This document shows positions 16,600 through 30,429 of a DNA stretch of 64,000 bases, in pieces (the first letter of the stretch is position 1; every line of letters begins with the position of its first letter). The translations under genes and the position numbers were made by a program. Below the pieces are notes generated by a model that worked only from the letters and a program-made list of their open reading frames with translations, was not told where the DNA came from and made no database searches. The DNA is taken from positions 73,532,001-73,596,000 of the forward strand of contig OZ024744.1 of the NCBI GenBank assembly GCA_964016885.1, in the 5' to 3' direction. This DNA is from Eledone cirrhosa (taxonomy: Eukaryota).

Positions 16600-19500
16600 C
16601 TACAGGCGCATGACCAGAGTAGGCCCACTCACACGGGTCATTATCGCGACATTCATCCACATTTCAGCAAATGTACTGGGTGGGTGGGTGGCGGGGCATC
16701 ACTTCTCTCTCCACCCTCACCTTCCTTTCCAAGTAAAACTTGAAAAAGTTGATGAGGGATTGGCCGAAGAGAAAAGTGTCTGTCTTCAGTTCTTTCAACA
16801 TGGTCCACCATACAACCTCTTTCGCTACTGCCACCAGACAGAGGAAAATTGACTGCCCTTCCTGGCCAAAAAAAAGGCAGCGGGTCGATCTTCACTATGG
16901 ACTCGGCCGATAGCCGAATCCGTTCTACACGCGACAACAGCTGTTCGACATAACTCCACAAGTCAGTAATGCACGGACACTAGACTAGTGCGTGCAAAAT
17001 GGTTTCGTCGATCTGCGCGCATCTCGGACGGCTCCATCTGACAGCAGTTCCGTGCCTGTAGAGTTTATCTCGAACGGGCAGTGCCTCCGGTAACACTGCC
17101 AAGCGAGGTGATTTTTAGAAATCATCCATTGTCCCCGACTCGAAAGTCCTCCGGAACAGACTGGTTAGTTTGACTTCGTCGACGCCCAATGCCTCTCCGA
17201 GTGCGTTGACGCACTTTCCCACCACTAATCCTTTATAGAATTCGTCAGTGTAAGTTCCACCGACCTCATTGCCCGCCTGTTAGGGGGTAGTGAGTGCCTG
17301 GCAACATTCCAGAAGCCAGTCACCCAGTCTCGGTCTCTTCTTGACACAGGACTGCAGCTCAGTCAAAGAGACGAGCTGGGGAAAGGCCCGTCTGACAAAC
17401 GGCGACCACACCTGTTCACCGTTTAGGCAGAATATCTGGAGATGCCGCAGCCTCAGCGCGTGTCTGCACATCGTTAGCCACGGCATGCCCAGCCTTCCAC
17501 GTAGAGGGTGCTGGCAGCAGATGGACCGCCTCACCAGCGGAACCTGACCCCTCCACAAGAATTTGAAGAGGAGCCGCTCCAAGCTGGCGAGGCACGAACG
17601 AAGGTAAGGGACGTCGGTCAGGCGGTAGTAGATGACGGACGGGATGTACGCGGTCGCCACCTCCAGCCGATCTTTCAGTGATAGCTTCCTCGCAGCCCAT
17701 TTCTGGATGAGACTGGCTACCCTGCCCGTCACCTCGTCCCAATTCTTATCCATCTGGAGGTCTGGCCCGAACCAAACCCCGAGCAACTTTACCGGTCCGT
17801 CCGTCCAGCGCCCAACGACGCTGTCAGTTGGCATGGACTTGCCTTTCCAGGTGCCGAGTTGCAAGCCCACCGACTTTTCCGGGTTAAGTTTTGCTCCCGT
17901 CAACCTTTCATATTCCTTCAATAAGTTGCCGACCACCTCGATTTCTGAGGTGTCCTACACCATCACGGTGATGACGTCCTCATAATCCGACACAGCATTT
18001 CCGCGTCCTGATTCGAGCCGGATGCCATGCAACAGCTCCAGCTTCCGCAGTAAAGGCTCGAGAGTCAATACGTACAGAAGGGAGGCGAGAGGGCACCCTT
18101 GACGGACCGATCGGGAGATCTGAAACGGTTCCGAGAGGTGGTCATTAACTTTGACCACTGAGCAGATGCCACTGTGCATTGCAGCGATCCAGCTTCTGAA
18201 GACGGCGTTGGAGCGAGCTTCCATGAGGACAGCCTCCAGGTACTGATGGTCGACCCTATCTAATGCTTTCGATTGATGTAAATTGATCAGAGCCCCACCG
18301 AAGCTACGTTTCCACCCTACCATCTCTATGATGTATCGCATCAGGTGGAGATTGTCGTGTATGGATCTGGTTGGGATTGCGCAAGTTTGCGCCTCCACAA
18401 CCAAATCCTCGACGACAAGCGCCAACCTCTTCGCTAACACCTTCGCCAAAATCTTAAACTCTGTGTTGAGCAGAGATATGGGCCTGAAATTGTCTAATTT
18501 GTCCCTCTTGTACTCGCCTTTGCTTATCAGCGTCACTACGCCCCGGCTCACAGAACCGGGAATACTCCTGTTCTGCTGCCAGTTGCAGTAGAGCGCTTCG
18601 AGAAGATCGGAGATCAGTCTGGCATATTTACGTAAAGGTCGTAGAGCAGACCATCCAAACCGGGTGACTAGCGACTCATGCAGCCGACAAGGTCATCCTG
18701 AATCTCGGCTGAAATAATCGGTCTTTCGCAGCGCTCAGCGTCGGCCGTCGAGAGTTGCGGCAAGCCATCGAGGTAGGGACTGAAGTCCGCTACCGTCTCA
18801 GATCCGCCACTTCCTCCGAACAACCGAGCCAAATGTGGGCAAAAGGCCTCACACATCCGCTTGGTATCGCTCAGCTCGTGTCCGTCTCGGTCCGTCAAAG
18901 ACCGAATTGTGGTTTTATTTCTACGATGCGCCTCTGCCACGCGGACCCATCGTACAGCTTTGGTTCCCTCGCTTCTCAGAGTACGCGCCTTAGCTCTGAC
19001 AATGTAACCTTCGTGTTTCGCATTGAAGAAATGATCTAATGCCATTCTCGTCGCTAGCACGTCAGTTGCAATGCCACTACAAATAGCCTCGCCTAACTTA
19101 TCAACCAACTCCCCTCCTTTCTATTTTTCTCCAACGCTACTTCTTTGCTAAACCCTATTGACATTACTCTAATCTTTCTTTTGAGAACCCCACACCATCT
19201 ATTGTTGACGACTCCACCTGTTAACTTTTTCTTAACTAAATTGTTGACTGGGGCCCTGTAAGCCTTGCGTGCCGGAAACGACATGTTCAGCTTCCAATAA
19301 CCAGGTCCTAACCTACGCGTCTTATCTAGGTCGACCATACAGATCACAAACTTGTGATCTGAATAGGCGACCGTATGTAATTGTGGACACCCTATACTAT
19401 CCTTATCCACTAATCTAATTAGAAACCTATCTAAGTACGATCTAGATGTCCCTAAACGATTTGTCCAGGTCCACACTGGCGCATAGGTAGGGCCGTAGAC

Positions 19501-19835
19501 GGCCACCAGTTTAAATGCACCACCTTCGCTATTGTTCACGTCCAGGACCACGAACTTGCTGTCCGGGTCCCGGAAGATCGGCCTTATCTCGAGATCCAGA
19601 TCCAGTCTTTTCTAAACAGCACTGCCACCCCACCTCCCATTCCTGGCCGACTAACAGATGCGAATATCTGATAGTCGTCGAAAATGGGGGCTAGTGCGCG
19701 TGTGTCGGAAATCCTGGTCTCGCTGACGGCAATTACATCCATTGGTAGAGACCTGAGGTCGATGAGCAGGTGACCCTGCTTCCAGGACGATCCCAAGCCT
19801 CGAACATTTAAACATCCTACTCTTAATATGGCTAT
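16600..19835 (-). pseudogene. L1/Tx1 ORF2 (APE endonuclease + reverse transcriptase), frameshifted
   Basis: Motifs GCLNVRGL, VIAVSETR, YSDHK, FRPISLLNTEFKILAKVLAKRL and RQGCPL are present. The YADD box is degraded to DYEDV. C-terminal C..DETILHALVQC. Confidence 0.92.
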
Positions 19836-19948
19836 GTTGGCAGACTAAAAGAGAGAGGAAAGGTTTACTTACCTCCCAGGCTCTTGTGAAGGTCGGTTGG
19901 TTCGACCTCCGTAGTTGGTGGGTTTCTTTTGGGAACCCCTTTAAAAGC

Positions 19949-21762
19949 CTACTTGAGGCTTTTACACTGGGTGTTCCCACGTCGTTGGAAAACTCCCCCT
20001 AATTGTTTTATAATTGCGTAGTGCAATTCGCACCAGCAAAAGTGTTTGTGGCACCTTGAAGGTGCAGGTATTATCGCATCCCCCTCTTTCTCTATTTCCT
20101 TACTTCGTATTATGAAGTTCAGTAGTCTTGTGTTCCATTTCCTCACTAACACGAAGTTAGGTGCTGTTGTGGTTGTAAGTTGTTGCGGTGTGTGTTTTCT
20201 TTTAGTTGTTTGTGTTAGTGGTAGTATTGTTGGTGGAGATGGTGTTTGTGTTTTTGCGGGGGTGGGTTGGGGTGTTGTAGTATGTGTGTCTGTGTTTGGT
20301 GCGAATGTGTCTTTTTTGTTTGCTGTTTGTGATGGTGTGTGAGATTTCTCCTTGTGTTTTGTTTTTTTGTTTTTTGGGGGTTTTTGGTGTTCCTCCTCCT
20401 CTTCGCTTAGGGATGAAGAGTTCTCTGTGTTTGTGTCAGATGTAAGTGGCAGTGCGTGTATGGGTGGGTGTGTTTCACTGTGTGGGTTCAAGAGGGAGAG
20501 AGCGGGAGAGCTTCTTTGGAGTGGCCCCTGGGTGGTCTTGGTGGTCTTTGCAGTTGGTGTTGGTTCTGCTGGTGTTGCTGCTGCTGATTTTGTTGTTGGT
20601 GTTGTTTCGCGATGAGGCCCCGGCGTCGGCAGCAGCAGAGATGTTTGACCCCTTGCATTTTTCAACAGTTGAGGGCGGAAGGCTCGCAAGTGTGTTTTTT
20701 CGTCGCAACGGAAACAGTGCGGTCTTTAGCCCTCAGCCATCACTTGTAGAGTTTTAGAGGCGGATTGCTCCGGGATTTTCTTTATTTCTTCAGGTTTGAT
20801 CTGGAGAAGTATCTCCAGATCAACCCCGGACCAGTCTTCTCTTCCTGTCCTGGTTACCTCTATTGGGATGGGAATCTGACCCCTGCACAATCACGCATCC
20901 CAAGAGCCACCTAGCCCAGGTGGAACCCTGGGAATGCGAACTCTAATTGTTATTTTTCCCATGTGGGAGGAGTACATAATAACCTTGCTGGTTTTGCAAG
21001 GGGTCGTCGAGTGCTTCAAAGCGAGGGCTTCCGACTTAAACAGCACCGAGATGGTACCGTATTGTCGACCCCTCGCCACGTACTCTGTATCTCATCTGAT
21101 GCACCTCAGTTCAGCCTCGACGTCTGCCTGGGGAGAGTTTGTGGCTCTTTTCGTCTCAGCTGAGATGCATCTGAAGACCAGAGTTCTCTTCTCCATCGTT
21201 TCTATGGCCTCTGCGGGACAGTTAAGTTGGCCCAGGTTTGTTCCTGTTTGATGAGCTTTCATACTTGGGCCAACTTTGTCTCCTTGTCTGTCAAGTTCAT
21301 GTTGAAGCATGGCCTTTTCTTAGCTGCTGCCGCAGCGAAAGTGTTCTTGTTGTTGTCGTTCTTGTTGTTGGGGTTGTTGATGTTTTCACTGTTCCAGTTG
21401 GTTATATCTTTGGTGCCGCCGTTGTTCTTGTTCTCGGTGCAGTTGGTACTGTTGCTGTTGGTGCTGTTACTGTTTATGTTCTGGTTAGTGGTGTTAATTT
21501 CGTTGTTGTGTTTGTTGTCATCATTTCTGTTGTCTGTGTTTTGGTTGTTGCTGTTACTGCTGTGGTTGTTATTATCATCGTTTTCTTTAAGGTTATTGTT
21601 GTCCCTGTTGGTGTTGCTGCTACAGCTGTTTATGCTGTTTTATGGTGGTGTTGCTAAATGTATTTGTCGTATAAATCAATGTGTTTGCCGCTTCCCTCCC
21701 CTCAACATTTAGGTCGATGTCGCACGACAGCAGACTTAAGGTTGGGGGCGTGGCTCAGCCAT
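19949..21762 (-). pseudogene. L1/Tx1 ORF1 remnant with Thr/Pro/Lys-rich low-complexity tracts
   Basis: Fragmented ORFs directly upstream of ORF2 on the same strand, with a C-terminal CHKHFCWCELH motif. Confidence 0.7.
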
Positions 21763-21960
21763 GTTTTTATTTTTCAAGAATTTTTTTGTAAAATACAAAA
21801 AAGTTCAAATATTTGGGCCAAAAGGCCCAAATATTACAGAGTTACCCCTTCACAGGGCAAAGACAACCCTTTTCAAAGAATACAACAATTAATATAAATG
21901 AAAATAAACAGAAAATGTCTACTTTTGTGGAACTCCAAAAACACGCCTTTACTGACTGAT

Positions 21961-22130
21961 AATAATAATTGTTTCTACTTTTGGCACAAGGCCAGCAATT
22001 AACCAGTACATTACTGGTACTTTATTTTATCGACCCCGTAAGGATGAAAGGCAAAGTTAACCTCGGCGGGATTTGAACTCAGACCGTAAAGGGACGTAAC
22101 TATGCTGGAAAGTATGGCGTCCGACCCTCT
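21961..22130 (-). mobile_element. tRNA-derived SINE with Meta-like core and (ATT)n tail
   Basis: B box GAGTTCAAATCC, core GCCTTTCATCCTTACGGGGTCGATAAAAT..AGTACCAG, multicopy in this window. Confidence 0.9.
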
Positions 22131-22363
22131 AATAATAATAATATACGACATGTTTGCGATTAAACATTTAAAAGCCTTTAGCTATGAAATTTAATGGTTG
22201 TGGCCGGTGTCAGCCTCCCAGTTGCAACAGGAGCAGGATGGGAAGCAACCGAGTGTTGTTTATGCTTGTGTCACCGTTGTCATAGTTATGCACCCCTTCC
22301 CCTGCCTCATACAGTAAATTCAAACCGCAAACATAGATTTAAACTTATCTCTCTCCCTTTCTT

Positions 22364-22460
<97 letters not shown>

Positions 22461-22501
22461 TATATATACATATATATTCTTATTTCACGAAATTTCACGA
22501 A

Positions 22502-22922
22502 TCATCATCAGGTCGAGCTTGCTCGGCTTTCCACGACACGTTTCCTCCATCCATCTCTGTCTCTCATAGCGTTTGCCAGTTCTTCCGCAGTGCACCCAGT
22601 ATCGTCCTCAAGTTGCTTGACGTATGTCTTCTTGGGACGACCAGCGTTTCTTGCTCCATGAGATGGACTCCATAACAACACATTTCTTCAGAGCTGCTGT
22701 GGAATCTGTGCTTGTTTATGGCTCTGTCACTTGGACGCTAACGTCGAAACTGGAGAAAAAGCTAGACGGGGCATACACACGTATGCTCCGCGTTGCTTTA
22801 AACGTGTCTTTCAGGGAACACCCAACAAATAAGGATCTCTATGGCAATATACCACCTATCAGCAGGTCAATACGTGGACAGAGACTCAGATTTGCTGGCC
22901 ACTGTTGGCGCAGCAAGGAAGA
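22502..22922. mobile_element. RTE/RTEX-type LINE 3' fragment with internal inversion
   Basis: The + strand at 22674-22922 encodes FFRAAVESVLVYGSVTWTLT..RLRFAGHCWRSKEE. The - strand at 22672-22502 encodes SPSHGARNAGRPKKTY..DRDGWRKRV..* followed by (TGA)n. Confidence 0.85.
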
Positions 22923-22932
22923 AATATATATA

Positions 22933-23120
22933 CAGTGAAACTCCGTTATAACGAAATTCACGAAGTATAAACAAATTTCGTTGTAACGATAATTTCTTCA
23001 TAATGAGATCGACCGAAACAAATTGAGCGTTTGTTTGTTATTACATGGGGGATTGAAAAATATGTTTTTATACTGAGATATTCGATACAATGGTATTCTT
23101 TATAACGGAATTTAACCTAC
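22933..23120. mobile_element. Tc1/mariner (Tigger/pogo-like) MITE
   Basis: Left TA-CAGTGAAACTCCGTTATAACGAA and imperfect right TIR TTCTTTATAACGGAATTTAACC, with internal TTATAACGA-like subrepeats. Confidence 0.6.
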
Positions 23121-23684
23121 ATACACACACACACACACTCACAAGCACACACACACACACGCACACACACACATATATATATATATATTGGTAAAAGGAA
23201 AAGAAAATGCTGACAAATTGTTCCCAGTGAAAAATAGTTTAATTAGGAATAAGTAAAAGTTAGTAATAAGTATTGGTTAGTATTCAGTTTTGGTTTTAAG
23301 TCTTACCGGTTGCGCATTTCTAATGCTTTTAAAAAATAATTTTGAGATAGAGCGGCGCCCGTGATGTTTGCTCTGATCTGATTAGTTTTGGAAATTCTAC
23401 CTGTTTTATGTAAAAAAAGTGGCTCCAGATGTATGAAAAAATTCTTGTGGTCAAAACAATTTTGATTGGTCGGAAGAGGTCATGTGAATGTTAAAAATTG
23501 ATTTTGCGCCAAATGTAGGTTTGTCTCGGCTGATTGAGAAGTCACTGAAAAATAAGTCTTTCAAGACAAATATGTGTGTGTGTGTGTGTAGTAGTAGTAA
23601 AGAGGTTTGTTGTTGTGATAATTGTCAACAGGGATGTGTGTGCGAACCGCAGCCTGCTGACAGTTCAAATGCCCATTAAGACAA

Positions 23685-23727
<43 letters not shown>

Positions 23728-24473
23728 TGTGTGTGTGTGTGTAGCAGAGTAATTCGTGGTAGACGGATCGGTCAGTAGGAATGTGTCTGTACGTGTGTGG
23801 GGGATATTTTAACATGTTAAAAGATATTTTTCAGCTCTTGTCTTATACGGAGAAATGTGTGTGTGTGTGTGTATGTCTCTTTGTATGTTAATGTACGCGT
23901 GTGTATGTGTGTGTGTATATATATATGTGTGTGTGTGTGTGTGTGAGAATGTGTGTGTGGGTGGACCAGTATTTTTGTGATACTGGTAAAAATGGTGTAC
24001 ATTATTCGATATTTTCAGTAAAAATGATTCTCTCAATAGAACATCAAACACTTTAATAATAAAAGGTGTGAAATGATATATAGTATTGGCATAAGACCAA
24101 GGTGTGTGTGAGTGTCCAGATTGTACGTACTGAAAGGGGAATCCATTAGGCCTTGCCGTATTGGAATACTTGTGTACAAATATGTATGTGCCCATCAGTG
24201 TGCAATGCATGTGTGCGTATATGTATGTGTGTTTGTCGGCACGTTTATATCTATAGACATCAAAAGGTATGCAAATTTGTGTATATTTGTGTTGCACCAT
24301 AGAACATGTGTGTTTACGTATGTCATTGTGTTTATATGTGGATAGAGATGTATGTAGGATGTATGCTGATGTAGGTATGTATGTTGACGTGTGTATGTTG
24401 TGGGTTCGTCTTAGGGAGAAGTGTTTAGACGGGGTCCGTATTTGTTAATAAAGTGAGATTCCTTGCTGATGCG

Positions 24474-24521
24474 CTGATGAGGAAACCGTCACCGGATACA
24501 AACCCTCCGAAATCGGCGATA
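24474..24521 (+). ncRNA. Hammerhead ribozyme core at the 5' end of the Penelope body; 5' strand of stem I lost at the inversion junction
   Basis: CTGATGA GGA...TCC GAAA TCG-G-CGA TA. Confidence 0.65.
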
Positions 24522-24682
24522 AACTTCAAAACCTTTGCGATACTATCCAAACTATGTTCACTACTACCAACCCAGGAAAAACCAACGAAGAACCATGTGA
24601 GATTGATTCATACAAAATGAAAATTCGAACAATTCCAAAATGGAACAAATCCCTCAGAGACAGATAGTTCTCATTCTGGAAG

Positions 24683-27600
24683 ATGATACAAAATCACAAC
24701 AAAGCGGAGATATATGAAAAATGGCTTAACTCAACCCCTCTAACTCTCCCCCGTAAAATACAAATAAAGTCCATTCCAAATGAACCCGAACCTCAAAGAC
24801 ACCTTAGGGAAAGAATGGCATTGGAAAAAATGAACACGGAAATTGAACTTCTTAAATTGAGGGCCCAGACAAATGAGGAAAAAATCAAAACCATCGATGA
24901 AGATATCCTCCTGGAAATCAACAATAAGACTGAAGGCCCCAAGGTAGAGAAGATCTCTAAATTATGGAAAGGGGACTGCAACAGAGAAGAACTGAAATAC
25001 GCGTCAACGCTGGGAAAAAAGTGCCGCTTGGCTCCTACACTATGAATCGACTTTTCAAACGGATTACACCTCCAATAACCCGTTCATAAAAATAGGAAAA
25101 CCCATAACCGAACCGCACAACAACTTCGCAAAGTCCCCAGCCACTAACAAAGGAAGAAGGAAGCACCACACCGAAGATGAACTTCCCAACCTCGCTACCA
25201 TAAGAAGGAACAAAAACACTAGAAATCATCTCCCCCAGAATGACATTTACAACTTTCCCCTTTCAAGGAGACACCATACCAAATCACTCAACTACTACGC
25301 GGATGCCTCATCGTCAAACATAGGTAAAAGATACCACCACCATGATAGATGTAACAACTTCCCCGCGTCAAGGGGACAGCAAGATAATTTCCATTTTCTC
25401 AACTCTCGCTTCCACAATACACAACAAACCCACACCACACGATACAACCAACAACGTAGGCCACCTATAACACCATAATCCAACATGGCACATAGAAACA
25501 CACATCCATACTCGCAATACAGGAACACCCCATTCAATCTACAACCACGAACCCGAACCACATTTTACAACAACAAGGAATATAACAAACACAGGAGACC
25601 ACTTAACATCACCAGACAACCCCTCTACCCCAACCATTTTTTAGACACAGCACACAGATACAGGCAAACAAAATAACACAAGACAGGGAGGAGAAACCGA
25701 GAGTAATAAAAATGATCAATCTAACTAGTGCAGAACCAACACCCAACCTTATCAACTTACACTCCAAAGGTCTTAAATTCACACCGACCCCACTACGTCC
25801 TAACTACTATGAAATGAAGGAAGACATCACAGACTTCTGCAGAAAGTTACGACTCAGTGAAGAACTATTCGACCAGTACAATGAGGATGAATCATTAGCC
25901 AGAAATAGAAGCAATTACACCCCATCAAAAGGTAGAAATAAAATCCTGGACGAATTCTGTGAACACATCACAAACTTCCCTTACCAACACTTGCACAGAC
26001 AAAAACACAAGCCAAACCTCAACAAGAAAGAATGGGAAGAGTTAAATAGATTAAAAACCGACAGAACCATTACAATTAAAGAGGCTGAGAAATGGAGTAC
26101 AGTAGTCCTAATGGAGACAGAATTCTATATCAACTTAGCGCTCTCCACTTTGGAAAACGAAACATACTACGAAAAGGCTGAACACTACAATCAACAGAAA
26201 ATTATGAGAAACCTAAAAACTCTGATCAACCAATATAAAGAAGGATTCACTAACAAAGAATTCAGCTTCATCACAGACTTCACAAGTAAATCAAGCCTTT
26301 TCTTCGGTATCCCTAAAGTACATAAAAGCGAATTAATAAGTAAGGCATGCAAGGAAGCCACAGACATAGTCATCAATGTCCCCTCACCCAATGATCTCAA
26401 ATTATGACCTATAATAGCAGGCCCCGCTTGCGAAACCCACCGCCTTAGCAACTTCATTGATACCCTTCTCAAGCCTTTTCTCAAACACATCAAAAGCTAT
26501 ATAAGGGACGACCTAGATATGCTCCATCACCTCCCTAATATGCATCTTTCTGAACAAACCCTACTAGTGACGTTCGATGTAGTCAACCTATACTCCAACA
26601 TCCCCCACAACCTAGGAATGAGAAGCTATCCAATTCTGGCTGGATAATTACCACAATGAACTCCCACAACGTATCAAAAAAGATTTCGTGATAGAGGGAT
26701 TCAAATTTATCTTGGAGAACAATTACTTCGTTTTCAATAACAAACCCTACAGGCAGAAATCTGGGACCGCTATGGGAACGAAAACAGCCTCCACTTATGC
26801 CAACCTAGTCATGAGATACCTGGAAATCACCCTCTACACTAAAGTACTAAACACATTTGGAAACACTCTCCACTTACACATAGAAAGGAACTGCTTTATC
26901 CTTTGGCACGAAAACATCGAGAAACTTAAAGAATTTCACACCCTTATAAATGGGCTCAACACGAATATTAACTTCACGATGGAATACAGCCATCAACAAC
27001 TCCCCTTCCTCGACATCCTCATTAAGATTCATAACAAAAAAATAGAAACAGACATATACTACAAGCCCACAGACCCCAAGCAATATCTTCCTTTCAACTC
27101 TTGTCACCCTAGACACGTTAAAATTAATATTCCCTACAACTTAGCCAAGATAATCTGTACTATAGTCTCCAATAAAAACACCTGTTACTTACGGCTACAA
27201 GAACTAAAGGACACACTCATAGGCAGGGACTACCCTGCATCACTAATTGAAAATGGAATCCAACGTGCCCTAAAACTCAGTACCCAGGACCTTAGACAAC
27301 CTAAAGTAAATCAACCGAAACTAAAATCTCTTCCATACATCTCCACACACAACCCCCTCAACAATGAGGCCTTTGACACCATCCTCCAGAACATCCCTGT
27401 GTTAAAAAAGGACCATAGAATGAACCAAATCCTACGAACACACGATATCATAAAGAGCAAAAGACAATCTAAGTCAATGAAAAACATCCTAACACATGCC
27501 AAAGTACTGCCAACCACAACAACGAAACCCACAGTAAAAACATGCGATAGACCCAACTGTGGCATATGCATCAACCTAATAGAGGGTTCGGAATTCCATT

Positions 27601-27941
27601 TCAAAGAAGGACAACGTTTTATAGTAAAACACAATTTCAGATGCGCATCAGAAAATCTAATATATGTATTAACTTGCTCAGGTTGTCGAGACAACTACAT
27701 AGGCCAGACCAAAAACAGCCTCCACCAACGCATGACTGTCCATAGATCCCAAATTAAAATACGGGAGTACAGGAAGATACCACTGAGTGAACACATTGAT
27801 ACCTGTGCCGCCAAAAATCTTCCCAACTTCAGAATCTTTTCCCTCTACAAATTTAAAGAAAATGCCACCCACACCCAGCGCATCAGCAAGGAATCTCACT
27901 TTATTAACAAATACGGACACCGTCTAAACACTTCTCCCTAA
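24683..27941 (+). pseudogene. Penelope-like RT + GIY-YIG endonuclease polyprotein, disrupted
   Basis: KGLKFTPTP, FFGIPKVHK, L*PII, LVTFDVVNLYSNIP, GTAMGT, LPFLDI, YYKPTD, linker CDRPNCGIC, NLIYVLTCSGCRDNYIGQT. The YxDD box is missing near 26890. Confidence 0.95.
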
Positions 27942-28360
27942 GACGAACCCACAACATACACACGTCAACATACATACCTACATCAGCATACATCCTACAT
28001 ACATTTCTATCCACATATAAACACAAATTTGCATACCTTTTGATGTCTATAGATATAAACGTGCCGACACACACACATACATATACGCACACATGCATTG
28101 CACACTGATGGGCACATACATATTTGTACACAAGTATTCCAATACGGCAAGGCCTAATGGATTCCCCTTGCAGTACGTACAATCTGGACACTCACACACA
28201 CCTTGGTCTTATGCCAATAGTATATATCATTTCACACCTTTTATTATTAAGGTTTTTGATGTTCTATTGAGAGAATCGTTTTTACTGAAAATATCGAATA
28301 ATGTACACCATTTTTACCAGTATCACAACGATACTGGTCCACCACCCCACACACACACAT

Positions 28361-28460
<100 letters not shown>

Positions 28461-28465
28461 ACATA

Positions 28466-28504
<39 letters not shown>

Positions 28505-29574
28505 CTCCGTATAAGACAAGAGCTGAAAAATATCTTTTAACATGTTAAAATATCCCCACACACGTACAGACATATTCCTACTGACCGATCCCTCTACCAC
28601 GAATTACTCTGCTACACACACACACACACACACACACACAATTGTCTTAATAGGCATTTGAACTGTCAGCAGGCTGCGGTTCGCACACACATCCCTGTTG
28701 ACCATTATCAGAACAACGAACCTCTTTACTACTACTACTACACACACACACACACACATATTTGTCTTGAAAGACTTATTTTTCAGTGACTTCTCAATCA
28801 GCCGAGACAAACCTACATTTGGCGCAAAATCAATTTTTAACATTCACATGACCTCTACCGACCAATCAAAATTGTTTTGACCACAAGAATTTTTTCATAC
28901 ATCTGGAGCCACTTTTTTTACATAAAACAGGTAGAATTTCCAAAACTAATCAGATCAGAGCAAACATCACGGGCGCCGCTCTATCTCAAAATTATTTTTT
29001 AAAAGCATTAGAAATGCGCAACCGGTAAAACTTAAAACCAAAATTGAATACTAACCAATACTATCACTAATTTTTACTTATTCCTAATTAAACTATTTTT
29101 CACTGGGAACAATTTGTCAGCATTTTCTTTTCCTTTTACCAATATATCATAACTCGTGTGTTACACCTCTATTCTTTTAAATATATATATATATATATGA
29201 TTTAGCCTAAGAAAATATCTATATGCGTGTGTAATTTATACAAGCATATATTAATTTTTTTATTTTCAATTGAGTTCTTAAACACGTTGGATTGATAATG
29301 TTTTCATAAAAACTAATTAACCCGCGTGTATATTATTTTTTTCCTCATTTCGTGAGTTGTCTCCCCTTCCCGCTTCGTGTCGCTATGATACTTCCTCAGT
29401 CAAAAACTGCTGGAATTTCAAATTTGGCGATCATTCGAGGCGAGAGAGAGTTACTTTACGGACATGAATTTTTGACAGCGGTAAGAAATTATTTTCTTAT
29501 ATCAATGTTTAATGGGCTTCCACTGATGATTTATAAGTGCCCACCTAAATATATTCTTACATGAATATATATTA

Positions 29575-29830
29575 GGCTTCTACATAAACTGGAAACATTC
29601 TCCCAAACTTGTAGCAAACTTATAATGAAACAATTGTTTGGAAAGAGAGATATACTTTAACTTTAATTATATCTCATAAAATAATACAACTGGTTTTTCC
29701 ACATTATACATATTGTTAGCACCCCAAACACTTAAATTGGGTTTATATTTTAATATAACCTAATGTTTGTTGAGTGAGATGGTTACCAGTCAGAGTTTAG
29801 CTTTAAACTCTCTCTGTTATTGTATTAATT
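29575..29830. repeat. Unclassified interspersed repeat, with a second copy at ~46205-46455
   Basis: Shared blocks TTCTACATAA.CTGGAAA, TCTCATAAAATAATACAAC, GTTAGCACCCCAAA and CCTAATGTTTGTTGAGTGAGATGG. Confidence 0.75.
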
Positions 29831-29855
29831 ATATATATATGTATTTATATTTATA

Positions 29856-30055
29856 TAATAAACAACATAAGACAATTATTCCATTCACCAAAGGTTTCAC
29901 GAAGACAGTCGAGCTCGACACAGACATCTGAAATCGTTCGTCAGAATGAAACCTTTGGTAAAAGGAATAATTATATCATGTTTTTTATTACATAAGTAAA
30001 TAGCTCTGTATCATACATAGAGCACTCTTCATTACTTTACCTTTCCTACGGAAAC

Positions 30056-30060
<5 letters not shown>
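29856..30060 (+). mobile_element. Short fold-back element with 3' tail and truncated hammerhead-like motif
   Basis: Arms at 29856-29899 and 29947-29990. The spacer reads ACGA AGA..TCT GAAA TCGTTCG TC. Flanked by (TA)n. Confidence 0.55.
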
Positions 30061-30107
<47 letters not shown>

Positions 30108-30111
<4 letters not shown>

Positions 30112-30347
30112 AACGAGTAGGACCCCGACGGCTGAGCTCAAGCCATTTCGACAGCTAATTCTGGAATAAAAAAAATAAATAAAATATGCGTTTTTTTTTG
30201 TTTTTTTTTAGTCCAGAATTAGCCGTCGAAACGGCTTGAGTTCAGCCGTCGGGGTTCTACTCGTTCCTATTATCCACTCTACTACCTTAAGTATTGAGTA
30301 CTTTGGCGCGTTATGGTCCATCTGGTTCCTTACCACATTCCCTTCGT
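30108..30347 (+). mobile_element. Family B fold-back element (other copies 37338-37416, 39111-39249, 41411-41552, 42990-43185, 43283-43432, 50461-50673, 52985-53168)
   Basis: Shared AGCCGTCGAAACGGCTTGAGYTCWGCCGTCGGGG..ACCCACTCTACTACC..GGTCCATCTGGTTCCTTACCAC, each copy next to (TA)n. Confidence 0.85.
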
Positions 30348-30385
<38 letters not shown>

Positions 30386-30429
30386 TATAGAGATATATAT
30401 ACATATATATACATATATATATATTTAAA

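Larger units (their letters stand above)
16440..21958 (-). mobile_element. Near full-length decayed L1-clade (Tx1-like) non-LTR retrotransposon; 3' boundary approximate
   Basis: Two-ORF layout with APE endonuclease, RT and C-terminal Cys motifs in broken frames. The putative 5' end has an initiator-like TCAGTC. Confidence 0.9.

Noticed and set aside
26405-26407. In-frame TGA as a selenocysteine codon
   Set aside because: It replaces the conserved Arg of RPII (CGA>TGA, CpG decay) in a copy that also has frameshifts.
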